Shown here one piece after another: positions 1-9,870 of a stretch of DNA of 64,000 bases. A model generated the notes under the pieces. It did no database searches and was not told the origin of the DNA. It saw nothing but the letters and a program-made list of their open reading frames with translations. The position numbers and the translations under genes were made by a program. The first letter of the stretch is position 1; each line of letters starts with the position of its first letter. Origin of the DNA: a virus (Duplodnaviria; Caudoviricetes); IMG/VR virus record IMGVR_UViG_3300035208_001463, positions 32,001 through 96,000 of that record, one strand, 5' to 3'.

Positions 1-2
1 AT

Positions 3-161
3 GATTTAAGAAAGGTTGTTCCCGATAAGGAGGAAATATGGATTGATATGGAATCTGGAATTAGAACTAATAATGAATTTGATTTCGAGAAGGTCAAATC
101 TGTTTTAAATGATGTTAAATCTCATATACCGTCAAAGTTTTTAAAACCCGGTGACGTATAA
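3..161 (+). CDS. 5'-truncated ORF, C-terminus of a phosphoribosylanthranilate-isomerase (TrpF/PRAI)-like TIM-barrel protein
   Basis: Hand translation gives ...EEIWIDMESGIRTNNEFDFEKVKSVL, resembling the PRAI C-terminal D.xSGV.....D..K motif; stop abuts the ATG at 162. Confidence 0.5.
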   Translation, partial: DLRKVVPDKEEIWIDMESGIRTNNEFDFEKVKSVLNDVKSHIPSKFLKPGDV

Positions 162-659
162 ATGTCTCTAAAAATAATCTCGGGTGGACAGTCCGGCGCG
201 GATCAAGGCGGATTGTTTGGCGCGCGCGATGCTGGATTTCCGACAGGTGGATACGCTCCATCCAATTTCTATACTGAAAATGGCCCACGACCGGAACTTC
301 TAAAGAGTTTTGGATTAATAGATTCCGGTTTAGATTATGTTGGAAGGACACGATTGAATGCTAAAAATTCCGACTTTACAATATGGTTTGGAAATGTTTA
401 TTCTCCGGGTGGAATTGCTACTAAAAGAGAAGTTTTGAAAGCAAAAAAATTATTTTATGATGCTTCATATTCTGCACCGGAAAGAATAGCAGAAGAATTA
501 TTTGTTCATGGAAAAACTTGTGTTAATATTGCAGGAAATAGAGAATCGCATGCAGTTGGTATGTGTGAGTATGTAAGAAAAATAATTAAAAATTCATTGG
601 AAATCTATAAACTTTATAATAATGATTTAAAATTATCCGACACCAGACGAAACCCTTAA
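162..659 (+). CDS. SLOG-superfamily 'putative molybdenum carrier' protein
   Basis: KIISGGQSGADQGGL, RTRLNAKNSDFT and NIAGNRES motifs. Confidence 0.8.
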   Translation: MSLKIISGGQSGADQGGLFGARDAGFPTGGYAPSNFYTENGPRPELLKSFGLIDSGLDYVGRTRLNAKNSDFTIWFGNVYSPGGIATKREVLKAKKLFYDASYSAPERIAEELFVHGKTCVNIAGNRESHAVGMCEYVRKIIKNSLEIYKLYNNDLKLSDTRRNP

Positions 660-741
660 ATAGAATACGCGTATAACAAGTTACAATAATCTTTTTACCA
701 GAGGTATTAGAATTGACAAAACTTAAACATTCATTGTTCGC

Positions 742-1707
742 TTGCTCGAAGACCTATATTTTCGGTGTTATATCATGAGTCACGGAAAAGAAAACCCTTT
801 GACTGTTAAAGCCAGAAACGCAAGACGAAATCGTTCTCATCAACGTTCCGCACAGGGGAACGCATATCAATTTACTCATCCCGACCGTGCGGCAGAGTAT
901 AAAAAACGCTATAAAGCAAAGAAAGGAAAATTCGCAGAGCAACTTATAAACGCGCGCGCACCTCTTACATTCACTGCTGGTGATATCTGCCTAGCGTGTG
1001 ATTTTCATATACCGTGTCACGATGATGCGCTTGTTGATTACATGATTTCTGTGTGCAAAGATTTAAATATTAAGAAACTTGCCATTGATGGAGATTATTT
1101 AAGTTGTGATAATTTAAGTATTTTTACATCCACTACCGAATCCAACTCTCCTATTACTATCACTTGGAAAGCAGAGAAAGATGAAGGTCGCAAGATGATG
1201 ACTCGTCTTTTGGAATGGTTTGATGAAATTTATATCTGCGCTGGAAATCACGAGAATCGTATTATTGCACTTACAGGTGGTAAAGAAGGGTTCCTCGAAA
1301 TTGTTCATGCTATAATGCCAGAGAATATTACTATATCCGATTATCGCAAACGGGTTCATGCAACCATAGATGATCATATGTTTTTGGATCACAAATATAG
1401 AGACGAAAATGGAAACGAACAGATCCAAGAATGGATGCTCTGCCATCCTAAGAACTTTAGCATTCTTCCTTTGAGAGTAGCGCGCGCATTGTGTGCCAAA
1501 TTTGGAAAGAATATCCACATGGCGCACGGTCACAATTTGTTGAAGGGACGCGATATAAGTGGGAAGTTTATATGTGTAGAAGGTGGAGGATTGTTTGACA
1601 GAGAGGCTTTGGATTATACTTGCAGGACTACTACACACCCGGTAATGAGAAGTGGGTTTTATATTTTGAAGAATGGGGAAGTGTTGCAATTTGAGGGGAA
1701 GTTGTGA
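742..1707 (+). CDS. Calcineurin-like metallophosphoesterase (start probably ATG at 775)
   Basis: DFH, GDYL, GNHE, HP and HGH metal-binding motifs. Confidence 0.8.
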   Translation: MLEDLYFRCYIMSHGKENPLTVKARNARRNRSHQRSAQGNAYQFTHPDRAAEYKKRYKAKKGKFAEQLINARAPLTFTAGDICLACDFHIPCHDDALVDYMISVCKDLNIKKLAIDGDYLSCDNLSIFTSTTESNSPITITWKAEKDEGRKMMTRLLEWFDEIYICAGNHENRIIALTGGKEGFLEIVHAIMPENITISDYRKRVHATIDDHMFLDHKYRDENGNEQIQEWMLCHPKNFSILPLRVARALCAKFGKNIHMAHGHNLLKGRDISGKFICVEGGGLFDREALDYTCRTTTHPVMRSGFYILKNGEVLQFEGKL

Positions 1708-1871
1708 TGGATAAAATGTTTGTTAAATGTGAACTTTGTGATAACCCATCTGGAAGTTCAGATGGTGTCCCGATTCAAGTTGGTAATAAAAAATTCTGTT
1801 CGCTCGAACATATGCGAGATTATCTAGTTGAATCTTTAGAAAGGTTTGATAAGAAGGGATGGATGTAACGT

Positions 1872-2117
1872 ATGTGGCAAGATATCGTAATGTCAATTGT
1901 GGGATTGGTATTCGCATTAGTAATGATTCCACAATTGATAGATTGTTATAAGAAAAAATGTAAAATGAATTCCATATCGTGCAGTATTACCATTGCAGGA
2001 TTAATTGCAATGGGAATATGCATGTTTACTCTAGAGGCTTATTATACTGCATTCATGGAAACGATTACGGCATGTGTATGGGGGTTGTGTTGGTATTTTT
2101 CTGGTGATAAATCGTGA
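1872..2117 (+). CDS. Small PQ-loop-like membrane protein
   Basis: Three hydrophobic segments and an IPQL motif. Confidence 0.5.
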   Translation: MWQDIVMSIVGLVFALVMIPQLIDCYKKKCKMNSISCSITIAGLIAMGICMFTLEAYYTAFMETITACVWGLCWYFSGDKS

Positions 2118-2424
2118 CCGCCAACTGTTCCACTTGCGCGCGTAAAGATTTCTGTTCCGGGTTGTTTCAATGTGAACAGCAAGAAAAACCAGTTGATTGT
2201 GGATGTTATGTTAAAAAAGAAGATTAATCCCTATTATTCCCACCCTTAATCTGACGCCCCCAAACTTTTATTCCGGAATAATAATCTTTCTTGGGTTCTT
2301 CTGTTAGGTGTCTGCCAACGTTTGGTTCTTCTCTGTTGAATACACGAGAGAATTGGTTTTTGATATCGATAACCATATATAAGTGTCGTGGGTTTTAGTA
2401 TTTAAGGATTTTGGTTGGTGTTGT

Positions 2425-2715
2425 TTAAATTATTCCATTTTCTTCAAGGAAAACATATACTTCATTTCGGAAAAGAATCCAATTCAATAACTCTTCTTTT
2501 ATTTTCTCATTATATTTATTTTCTCTACAAAAATCATCAATATAATCAAATGGTGCATCATCAATTTGTTCTTGTTTCAGATCTCTATCTTCTGATACGA
2601 CATAAATTGGTTGATTTCTTAACCAACTACGGAATTCATCTAAAATTTCATCTTCATTTAATGTCATGATTATAAACCAATTTTTCTTAATGCACCCATA
2701 GCACCCGCGCAACAT
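2425..2715 (-). CDS. Acidic hypothetical protein (start probably 2667)
   Basis: ORF track; acidic composition. Confidence 0.5.
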   Translation of the reverse strand: MLRGCYGCIKKNWFIIMTLNEDEILDEFRSWLRNQPIYVVSEDRDLKQEQIDDAPFDYIDDFCRENKYNEKIKEELLNWILFRNEVYVFLEENGII

Positions 2716-2936
2716 TCCATCATGCGATCTTCACATTTCTTGTGTACAAAGGCTGGGTGTTTCCCATCTTTTTGCAATCCACATTTGCTTTTTACTGGAT
2801 TTCTAACACCTTTTCCACAGAACATACAGACATTCATGATTTTCTCATCACATTACTATACGCGGGTTTAGTATTTATATTTATCTCCACGCTCTTTTAG
2901 ATACCTTTTTATCCTTTAAACACGTATACATATACA

Positions 2937-5900
2937 ATGCCCGAACTCTGTTTAACCCAATGCGAATATAGTTTTCATAATAATCAACCAATCATTCATC
3001 TCTTCGGTCGTGATTCCACAGGAATCACCCATCGCGTTGATGTTGTAGGGTTTAAACCTTATTTCTTTATCCCCGCTTCCGAATCCCCCAAGGTTCTCCC
3101 ACCCGCTGAACTAGATCCAAACGAATATTTTTCTATTCGTCACGAACCACTTGTTAAAGTTTTCGTACCGAAACCCACTGATATTAAAGACGCGCGCGAG
3201 AAATTTTCAAAACATTTTGAAGCAGATATTTTATATACCCTACGATTTTTGATCGATGTAAAAATCAAATCGGGTTTTTCATATACACAATCTCCCTGTA
3301 CCCCAGAAGATATAACTCCCAAAGAGTTGAATTTCCCTGCGCGCGTTTGTATTGTGGATATCGAATGCAGTGACGAAAATGGGTTTCCCGATGCAACCAA
3401 AGATCCAATTTTCTGTGTAACTGCTTATGATAGTTTCACCAAGCGATATATTACATTTGTCGTTGCTACGTTGCCAATTGATGAAACTCCCAAAGAAAAT
3501 GGATGTTTCAATACTAATCAGCATGATGTTTTAACATACATGGATGAAAAATCCCTTCTCGTGGATTTTGCCGAATATATTAAATCCACAGACCCCGATA
3601 TCATTACTGGGTGGAATTGTGTTCCAGAAGATACAATGGTTGATACACAAAATGGTCTTATTCCAATTAAGAATTTAAATAATGATATTGTTTTAAATAC
3701 CGGAGGGAAAGTTGTATCAGTTTATAATACTGGGGTAAAAAATACATCTCGTATAAAAACATCTATTGGTTGGAATTTTGTTGTTGGGGAAGATCATAGA
3801 ATAATGGTTTCCGAAATTCCACATGATCGCAATTATGTATGGGAGCATTGTGAACATTATGAATCGATATATACGACTCCCGAAAATATAACTTCAAATA
3901 GTATATTGCATGTTCCAATACGACAATATGAAAGCAATATTGGACTTGGGCTCGATCTTTTTAATTGTTATCGAGCAGGACTTATTTATTCCGACGGATC
4001 TAGACCGGATAAGTGGAGATTTAGATTTTACAATAAAAATACAAATCTCGTTGATAGATGCTGTGGAAAAAATCATAGGTGGTTTTCAAAAGGTGTTTGG
4101 TGCTCAAACATATTACAGCGAGATCTCAATGGGGCAGAAAATCTTATTCTTGTTGGTGATAAAAAACAACTTAATTTCGGTTTGCTATCTCGTTTGTCGG
4201 TTGAAGAATTTGGAGCGTTTGTAGCTGGGTGGTATGATGGAGATGGATATTCAGATAGTTTTGCTATAGGAGATCACACCATTGATATTAGGCACTTTCA
4301 GTTGTTTGCTGGTTTTGGAGCAATAACATCATCTTCGTGCAATATAAATTTAAGAATTTTATGCATAACAGAAAAATTATTGACGTGTATAAATATATTT
4401 TTGCAAAAAAAGGTAAAACCAAGAATTCATATAATGAAGAGAAAACGAGTTACTAGGAAAGATCATTTTAGATTTAATTTTAATAAAAATCTTACGAAGA
4501 TGTACTTACGTGTAAAAAATGTAAGGAGAGACACACCAAAAAACTGTTATGATATAACAACAACAGAACATAATTTTTCGATTGGTTGTATTGTGCACAA
4601 TTGTAATGATTTCGACGTGCCATATATTCTTGGTCGTTTTGATAAACTCGGGATTCCTCGTAATGCACTATCCCGTCTTAACACTACAAACGCAGATAGA
4701 GTAGAAATAAAAGGTCGTCAACTCTTTGATTTGCTTGCCGGTTACAAGCGAATGCACCTTGGTGAGCAACCCTCTTACCGTCTTGATGCAATTGCGGCAG
4801 AGGAACTTGGTAAACAGAAAATTCGATTTACTGGGAAAGTTTGCGACCTTTGGAAAAATGATCCAACAAATCTGGTTTATTATAATTTTACAGACGTGGA
4901 ATTGTGTGTGGGTATTGATGAGAAAGACGAAACGGTTGAATTCCACAGACATGTAGCTCAATATGCTGGTTGCCCTCTAGAAAAGACAACAAATTCGATG
5001 CCTATTATTGATATGCTGGTTTTGAGAGAGGCAAAAGAAAATGGATTTGTTCTTCCATCAAAAGCGGGTGTAATTAATACACAAGATTCATTTGAGGGTG
5101 CGACTGTTATTCCACCAGTAAAGGGAATGCATGAAAATGTTGTTATTCTTGATTTGAAATCATTATACCCAATGGCAATGATGACTATTAATGCATCTCC
5201 GGAAACGAAAGATCCAAATGGTGAATTGCACGCTCCAAATGGTGTCAGATTTAAAAAATCCCCCGATGGATTGGTTAGAAAGATTCAGGAAAAGTTCTTG
5301 CGCGAACGAGATGAAATGAAAAGGGAGAGAAATAAATATCCGTTCGATTCACACGAATATAAACTCCTGAATATGAAACAGGATGTTATTAAAGTTTGTA
5401 TGAATTCTTATTATGGTGTATCAGCGAATCCGATGTTTAGACTCAATGATCGCGATGTTGGATCTGCTATTACATCGGTTGGGCGCGCACTTTTGGAACA
5501 CAACAAGAAACTTGTTGAAGCAGAAGGGTTTAAGGTTATTTTTGGTGATACCGATTCAAATGGGGTTAAAATTCCAAAAAGTATCGGCCCCGAAAGTACA
5601 ATGATTATTGCAAAAGAACTTGAAAAACTTCTCAATGATAGTTATCCAATTTTCGCAAAAGAAGTTCTCAATGCAGATGTTTCCTATTTTTCCGTGAAAT
5701 TCGAAAAACTTTATGCGCGCTTCTTTAGCGGTGGGAAAAAGAAACGTTACGCCGGTTTACTCGTCTGGAAAGAAGGCGTGGACGCGCATAAAATTGATAT
5801 TGTTGGTTTTGAGACCAAGCGTTCTGATTCTCCAAAGGTTACGCGTGATGCAATGAAAACACTCATTAAGATGGTTCTCGAAGGCGAACCCTATGAAGAA

Positions 5901-6305
5901 ATCCGTTTTACTATTTCCGATGTTATTAGAAAATATCGCGCGGGGAAATATAGTCTTGACGAGATTGGAATTCCCGGTGGTATCGGAAAAGCACTCGAAG
6001 ATTACGATATCCAAGATGCACAGGTGCGCGCGGCAGTATATTCTAATACGTATCTCGGAACGAATTTTGGTAAAGGGAGCAAACCGAAACGTTTATATAT
6101 TAAGAATGTTACTTCGAAGTATCCACGCACGGATGTAGTTTGTTTTGAGTATGCTGATCAGATACCTCCGGAGTTCGTTGTGGATTTAGATACTATGTTG
6201 GAGAAGACATTACAATTGCCATTGACACGGATATTGGAGCCGTTGGGTTGGTCGTGGTCTTCATTTGATCCGGAAATCACAACGTTGTCGCAGTGGGGAA
6301 TTTAG
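2937..6305 (+). CDS. polB: Family B DNA polymerase (archaeal-type, with 3'-5' exonuclease) containing one intein
   Basis: ExoI DIE, ExoII GWN..FD, ExoIII YNFTD; polymerase motifs DLKSLYP, K..MNSYYG, FGDTDS, KKRY; C-terminal TLSQW PIP-box-like motif. Confidence 0.97.
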   Translation: MPELCLTQCEYSFHNNQPIIHLFGRDSTGITHRVDVVGFKPYFFIPASESPKVLPPAELDPNEYFSIRHEPLVKVFVPKPTDIKDAREKFSKHFEADILYTLRFLIDVKIKSGFSYTQSPCTPEDITPKELNFPARVCIVDIECSDENGFPDATKDPIFCVTAYDSFTKRYITFVVATLPIDETPKENGCFNTNQHDVLTYMDEKSLLVDFAEYIKSTDPDIITGWNCVPEDTMVDTQNGLIPIKNLNNDIVLNTGGKVVSVYNTGVKNTSRIKTSIGWNFVVGEDHRIMVSEIPHDRNYVWEHCEHYESIYTTPENITSNSILHVPIRQYESNIGLGLDLFNCYRAGLIYSDGSRPDKWRFRFYNKNTNLVDRCCGKNHRWFSKGVWCSNILQRDLNGAENLILVGDKKQLNFGLLSRLSVEEFGAFVAGWYDGDGYSDSFAIGDHTIDIRHFQLFAGFGAITSSSCNINLRILCITEKLLTCINIFLQKKVKPRIHIMKRKRVTRKDHFRFNFNKNLTKMYLRVKNVRRDTPKNCYDITTTEHNFSIGCIVHNCNDFDVPYILGRFDKLGIPRNALSRLNTTNADRVEIKGRQLFDLLAGYKRMHLGEQPSYRLDAIAAEELGKQKIRFTGKVCDLWKNDPTNLVYYNFTDVELCVGIDEKDETVEFHRHVAQYAGCPLEKTTNSMPIIDMLVLREAKENGFVLPSKAGVINTQDSFEGATVIPPVKGMHENVVILDLKSLYPMAMMTINASPETKDPNGELHAPNGVRFKKSPDGLVRKIQEKFLRERDEMKRERNKYPFDSHEYKLLNMKQDVIKVCMNSYYGVSANPMFRLNDRDVGSAITSVGRALLEHNKKLVEAEGFKVIFGDTDSNGVKIPKSIGPESTMIIAKELEKLLNDSYPIFAKEVLNADVSYFSVKFEKLYARFFSGGKKKRYAGLLVWKEGVDAHKIDIVGFETKRSDSPKVTRDAMKTLIKMVLEGEPYEEIRFTISDVIRKYRAGKYSLDEIGIPGGIGKALEDYDIQDAQVRAAVYSNTYLGTNFGKGSKPKRLYIKNVTSKYPRTDVVCFEYADQIPPEFVVDLDTMLEKTLQLPLTRILEPLGWSWSSFDPEITTLSQWGI
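3618..4601 (+). mobile_element. Intein with LAGLIDADG homing endonuclease (328 aa) in the PolB ExoII motif
   Basis: Begins GWN|CVPEDT, ends IVHN|C; internal RAGLIYSDG and VAGWYDGDG; removal restores GWNCNDFD. Confidence 0.93.
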
Positions 6306-6492
6306 AAAGGTGGAAAGATTTAAATACTAAATAATTTTATAGTATATAAATTAGTATGTAATAATTTTTAACAGTATATAAAGTTAACCAATATAGTTTA
6401 GAGTGTAACAATTATAATTTATGAGATAAAATTAATAGTATATAAATCTTTCTACAAATGTTATAAATACAAATAACACCTATTACTTATGC

Positions 6493-6574
6493 TGGTGGAT
6501 ACCCTAGTGGTCAACGGGGCGAGATTCAAAATCTCGTGATTAGTTCTTCGAGGGTTCGACTCCCTCTCCACCAA
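6493..6574 (+). tRNA. tRNA-Leu (anticodon CAA), long variable arm, no encoded CCA
   Basis: Acceptor TGGTGGA/TCCACCA; anticodon arm CGAGA-TTCAAAA-TCTCG; T arm GAGGG-TTCGACT-CCCTC; discriminator A; upstream TTATAAATA at 6461. Confidence 0.92.
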
Positions 6575-6638
6575 TTTTGAAATCCCCCTTTCAAACACAA
6601 TTGTTATCATTTTCGTTAATATTTGTGCTTATAATGGG

Positions 6639-6677
6639 GAATTATAAAAAATAGAATTATAAAAAATAGAATTATAA
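6639..6677. repeat. 15-bp tandem repeat GAATTATAAAAAATA (~2.5 copies)
   Basis: Seen directly in the intergenic sequence. Confidence 0.8.
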
Positions 6678-6687
6678 ATTCCCAAAC

Positions 6688-6942
6688 TTAATTTACGTCT
6701 TTATCTTCTTTTTCTTTCGGCTGCTGCGCGCGCGGGTACAGACCTGTGAATGTTTGCGTGTCCAGCGAATCAGGAAGAAGTTTATCTTCGATAATCAGGA
6801 TGATAAGTTCATTAAGCACTTCTGCATAGATCGGTGCTTCTGCTGTGCGCACCGCGCTGTTGAGCGCACTGATAAGGCGTTCTTTCTTCTGTACATACTT
6901 CAATACTTTCTTCATTTCATCTTCAGTATAAGATTCAGTCAT
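6688..6942 (-). CDS. Hypothetical protein (MTESYTED...)
   Basis: ORF track with start adjusted to the ATG downstream of a GGAGG-like site. Confidence 0.55.
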   Translation of the reverse strand: MTESYTEDEMKKVLKYVQKKERLISALNSAVRTAEAPIYAEVLNELIILIIEDKLLPDSLDTQTFTGLYPRAQQPKEKEDKDVN

Positions 6943-7178
6943 ATTTATCGGATTCCTCCAGTTTTTTTGTTTTTTTCTCAATTGCCAATTCTGCAATTGT
7001 AGCCAAATTTAAACCGCGCGCGCGTCCGGCTTCGGCGATCTTTCTTTCGATTTTAACAACTGCATCGCGTGTCATGATTTACACATATGTTCCATTTGGA
7101 AACATATGTATATAATAACAACCAACTACTATATATACCTTTTGTTTGATATTAGTTTATGAGAGAGGTGCATTTTAC

Positions 7179-7517
7179 ATGTTTGAGAAAGTTACGACTT
7201 ACCTCAAGAGCGCATACACCAAGGGTATGGAGCTGATTCACGACTCCGAGGCAATCGGTGAGGCAACCCTCGCCGGTATCGGGATGGTCGTCGGCGGGGC
7301 CATATTCATCGTCATAGGTATATTCATGGTAGGAACGCTGTTCAACAGCCTCCCGATCCTCACGGGGATCATGAATACAACCATGAGTAATGCACAGAGC
7401 AATGTTTCTCTCGCGTTTACCTTCTTGGGTATTGCACTCTTCCTGTTGGGAGCTATCGTTCTGCTCCTCGAATTCATCCCGGTTATCCGGATTTTCGTAG
7501 GTGGAGAACGCCAGTAA
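7179..7517 (+). CDS. Putative major capsid protein, spindle-shaped virus (SSV1 VP1-like) type
   Basis: 27-aa leader then G|EATLAGIGMVVGGAIFIVIGIF, similar to mature SSV1 VP1 EATNIGVLLGLFIFILIGI as I recall it; two hydrophobic helices with a loop carrying NTT/NVS sequons; own TATA and GAGGTG RBS; C-ending codon bias suggesting high expression. Confidence 0.75.
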   Translation: MFEKVTTYLKSAYTKGMELIHDSEAIGEATLAGIGMVVGGAIFIVIGIFMVGTLFNSLPILTGIMNTTMSNAQSNVSLAFTFLGIALFLLGAIVLLLEFIPVIRIFVGGERQ

Positions 7518-7529
7518 ATTCGGTTTGAC

Positions 7530-7553
7530 AAATGGAGACAAATTCTCCATTTG
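7530..7553. terminator. Hairpin between convergent genes (CAAATGGAGA/TCTCCATTTG)
   Basis: 10-bp perfect inverted repeat just after the capsid gene stop. Confidence 0.5.
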
Positions 7554-7574
7554 TTTAAACTCGTTAAAATAAAT

Positions 7575-8444
7575 TTAGTTTCTTTTTTGATAATAGAAAG
7601 ATCTTGGAAATATCATAAGTTTGAATTTTTTATGATGTTTTATGTGTGAATCTTTAAATATTGTTACTCCGTTATCGACATCCCATAGCATTTTACAATT
7701 TAAAGCATCCTTTATCGTTTGTATTTTATATTTTTCTATAATTATAGCAATAGCAACAATATGGTGTGCTTCTATGTTATGATTTCCTAATATTCCGGTG
7801 AAGCAATCTTTATACTCGTCTCGTTTAAAAACTTCCGATCTCCATATACTCATTTCTGGAAGCGCCCTGATAGCATGTTCTATTGCTGAAACCCCACCCT
7901 TCCAATTAAGATTTCGATCACCACTCATATTTTTTCTAAACTCTTCAGACTTCTTTATTCCAGTCATAGATTTACTCATTTTTTCTCTTATTTCAACCGG
8001 TGTTGTCAATCCTTTGTTCCAAGGAATTTGATCCTTGTGTGATATGCTCATCAATCTTTTGGTTTCTTCAGATGCTTTTTTATTAAGATGTTTTTCTCGG
8101 TTTTTCTGTTTTGATTCTTCGGTATGTTTCTTATTTTTTCTACTATTTTTAATTTTATCTTTTGTTTCTTGTGTACGTGTTTTGCCTTTATTACTGCCCC
8201 CAATTTTCTTTTTGTGTGATTCGGATAACGGGCCTGTTTTCTTTCCCTTGTTCCAAGGTATTTTACCTTTAAGAGATTTGCTTAATTTTTTCTTTGTTTC
8301 TTCTTTAATAGGTGTCCCTTTATTCCAAGGTTTGCGACCCTTTAATTTATCAAGTGTTTCTTCTGAAGGATGTTTATTTAAATGCCACTCTCTGTTCTTT
8401 TTAATCCATTCGTTGTATTTAATTGGATCTTTCGGAGGTGGTAT
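7575..8444 (-). CDS. NUMOD3-repeat HNH homing endonuclease; frame extends to an ATA at 8444
   Basis: Open frame upstream of the listed start reads IPPPKDPIKYNEWIKKNR, matching the neighbour's MPPPKDPEKYKLWIEKNR; PWNKG repeats; VFKRD...EAHH...DNGVT. Confidence 0.8.
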   Translation of the reverse strand: MPPPKDPIKYNEWIKKNREWHLNKHPSEETLDKLKGRKPWNKGTPIKEETKKKLSKSLKGKIPWNKGKKTGPLSESHKKKIGGSNKGKTRTQETKDKIKNSRKNKKHTEESKQKNREKHLNKKASEETKRLMSISHKDQIPWNKGLTTPVEIREKMSKSMTGIKKSEEFRKNMSGDRNLNWKGGVSAIEHAIRALPEMSIWRSEVFKRDEYKDCFTGILGNHNIEAHHIVAIAIIIEKYKIQTIKDALNCKMLWDVDNGVTIFKDSHIKHHKKFKLMIFPRSFYYQKRN

Positions 8445-8446
8445 AA

Positions 8447-9139
8447 CTATTCACTCCCAAAATGTTCTTCGTCGTGGCAATCTTCGCAATAAGTTACCCC
8501 GTTGTCGATGTTCCACAATTCTTTACAATTTTTAGCATCTTGTAATGTTTTAATATTATTTTCTTTTAATATTATAGAAAATAATTTTATGTGATGTGCT
8601 TCTAAGTATCCGCCACGAGTTTTACATTTTTGACAGGTATAATTATCTCTTTCAAATATTTTATGTATCCATTCTCTATATTCAAACGATTCACGTATTG
8701 CTTTACTCAATGGCGTCGTATAAACAAATCCCATCAAAGCATGTTTAATTAATCGTTCCTCGCTCATTCTTTTTCTGGTTTCTATTGGGAAATGATATCC
8801 CAATTTTTTAGTATTTCCCAACTGGGCGTTATGCATTTTTATATGTGCATCGAAAGTATGATGTTGACCAAACATAGGATTATTTTCTCCCATCTTGGAT
8901 TTACTTATATTTTCACAATGTTCTTTGGAACGTGGTGGTTTTGGTTTGTTTTTTAAAGCAACGCTTTGATTATATTTTGTTAATTCCGAAGAAGGGATTC
9001 CTTTGTTCCAAGAGGTTTGTCCTTTATGTGACTTACTCATTTTATCTATAGTAGATTGCGATGCGCGCTTTCCAATATGAGATAATCTATTCTTCTCAAT
9101 CCACAACTTATATTTTTCCGGGTCTTTAGGAGGTGGCAT
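8447..9139 (-). CDS. NUMOD3-HNH homing endonuclease
   Basis: RDNYTCQKC...LEAHH...NGVTYCEDCH. Confidence 0.9.
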   Translation of the reverse strand: MPPPKDPEKYKLWIEKNRLSHIGKRASQSTIDKMSKSHKGQTSWNKGIPSSELTKYNQSVALKNKPKPPRSKEHCENISKSKMGENNPMFGQHHTFDAHIKMHNAQLGNTKKLGYHFPIETRKRMSEERLIKHALMGFVYTTPLSKAIRESFEYREWIHKIFERDNYTCQKCKTRGGYLEAHHIKLFSIILKENNIKTLQDAKNCKELWNIDNGVTYCEDCHDEEHFGSE

Positions 9140-9141
9140 TT

Positions 9142-9870
9142 TTATGTTTCCTTTGAGTGTCTTTTATCATGACAATCGACACACAATGTGACACCATTTT
9201 CAATATCCCACAAGTCCTTGCATTTTAATGCATCCTCAACAGTTTGAATATTATTCTCCTGTATAATTTGAGCAAACGTTTTTGGGTCGTGGTGACCTTC
9301 TAGATCTCCTCCATGTTTCCCGCAATCACGACAGGTATAATTATCTCTTTTAAATACGGCACCCCTCCATTTATCATACTCGGGTAATCTTCGTATTACC
9401 TTATCAAGTTCCGTTATACCACCTTTATAATTGTGATGATCGGAACCACGATGTGCGGATTCCCTCATTTTAAGTTTTGTTTCCTCCGTGTGGATGTAAC
9501 CAAGTGTTCTAGTATTTCCGATTAAAGATTCACTTATCTTCTCACACGTTTCAATAGATGATTTTGTTCCAATGTGTGCAACACGAATTTTATTCTTTGT
9601 TTCTTCAGATAATTTTACACCTTTACGCGGAGATGTTTTTCCTTTATTAGCCTCGCTTAAATGTTTTCGATGTTCTGGCGACTTGGGTTTATTTTTAAGT
9701 CCTTCACTAATATGTTTGATTTCTTCTTCCGATTTTATACGTCCTTCATTAGATTTGCTTATCTTGTCACAATGTTCTAAAGATAATGGAATCCCACGTC
9801 TTTTTGCGGCTGCTTCATCTATATGTAGTTTCCATAACCTATATCGTTCCGTTCCTTTTTGTGGTGGCAT
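9142..9870 (-). CDS. NUMOD3-HNH homing endonuclease
   Basis: RDNYTCRDC...LEGHH...NGVTLCVDCH; SEETK repeats. Confidence 0.9.
   Translation of the reverse strand: MPPQKGTERYRLWKLHIDEAAAKRRGIPLSLEHCDKISKSNEGRIKSEEEIKHISEGLKNKPKSPEHRKHLSEANKGKTSPRKGVKLSEETKNKIRVAHIGTKSSIETCEKISESLIGNTRTLGYIHTEETKLKMRESAHRGSDHHNYKGGITELDKVIRRLPEYDKWRGAVFKRDNYTCRDCGKHGGDLEGHHDPKTFAQIIQENNIQTVEDALKCKDLWDIENGVTLCVDCHDKRHSKET

Noticed and set aside
5397-5435. Guide unit 1 versus PolB motif MNSYYGV
   Set aside because: Only about 5 dinucleotides match, and the guide implies D/E at the conserved Ser
6493-6574. tRNA as an attachment site marking a provirus boundary
   Set aside because: No duplicate of the tRNA 3' end was seen, and virus-like genes continue on both sides
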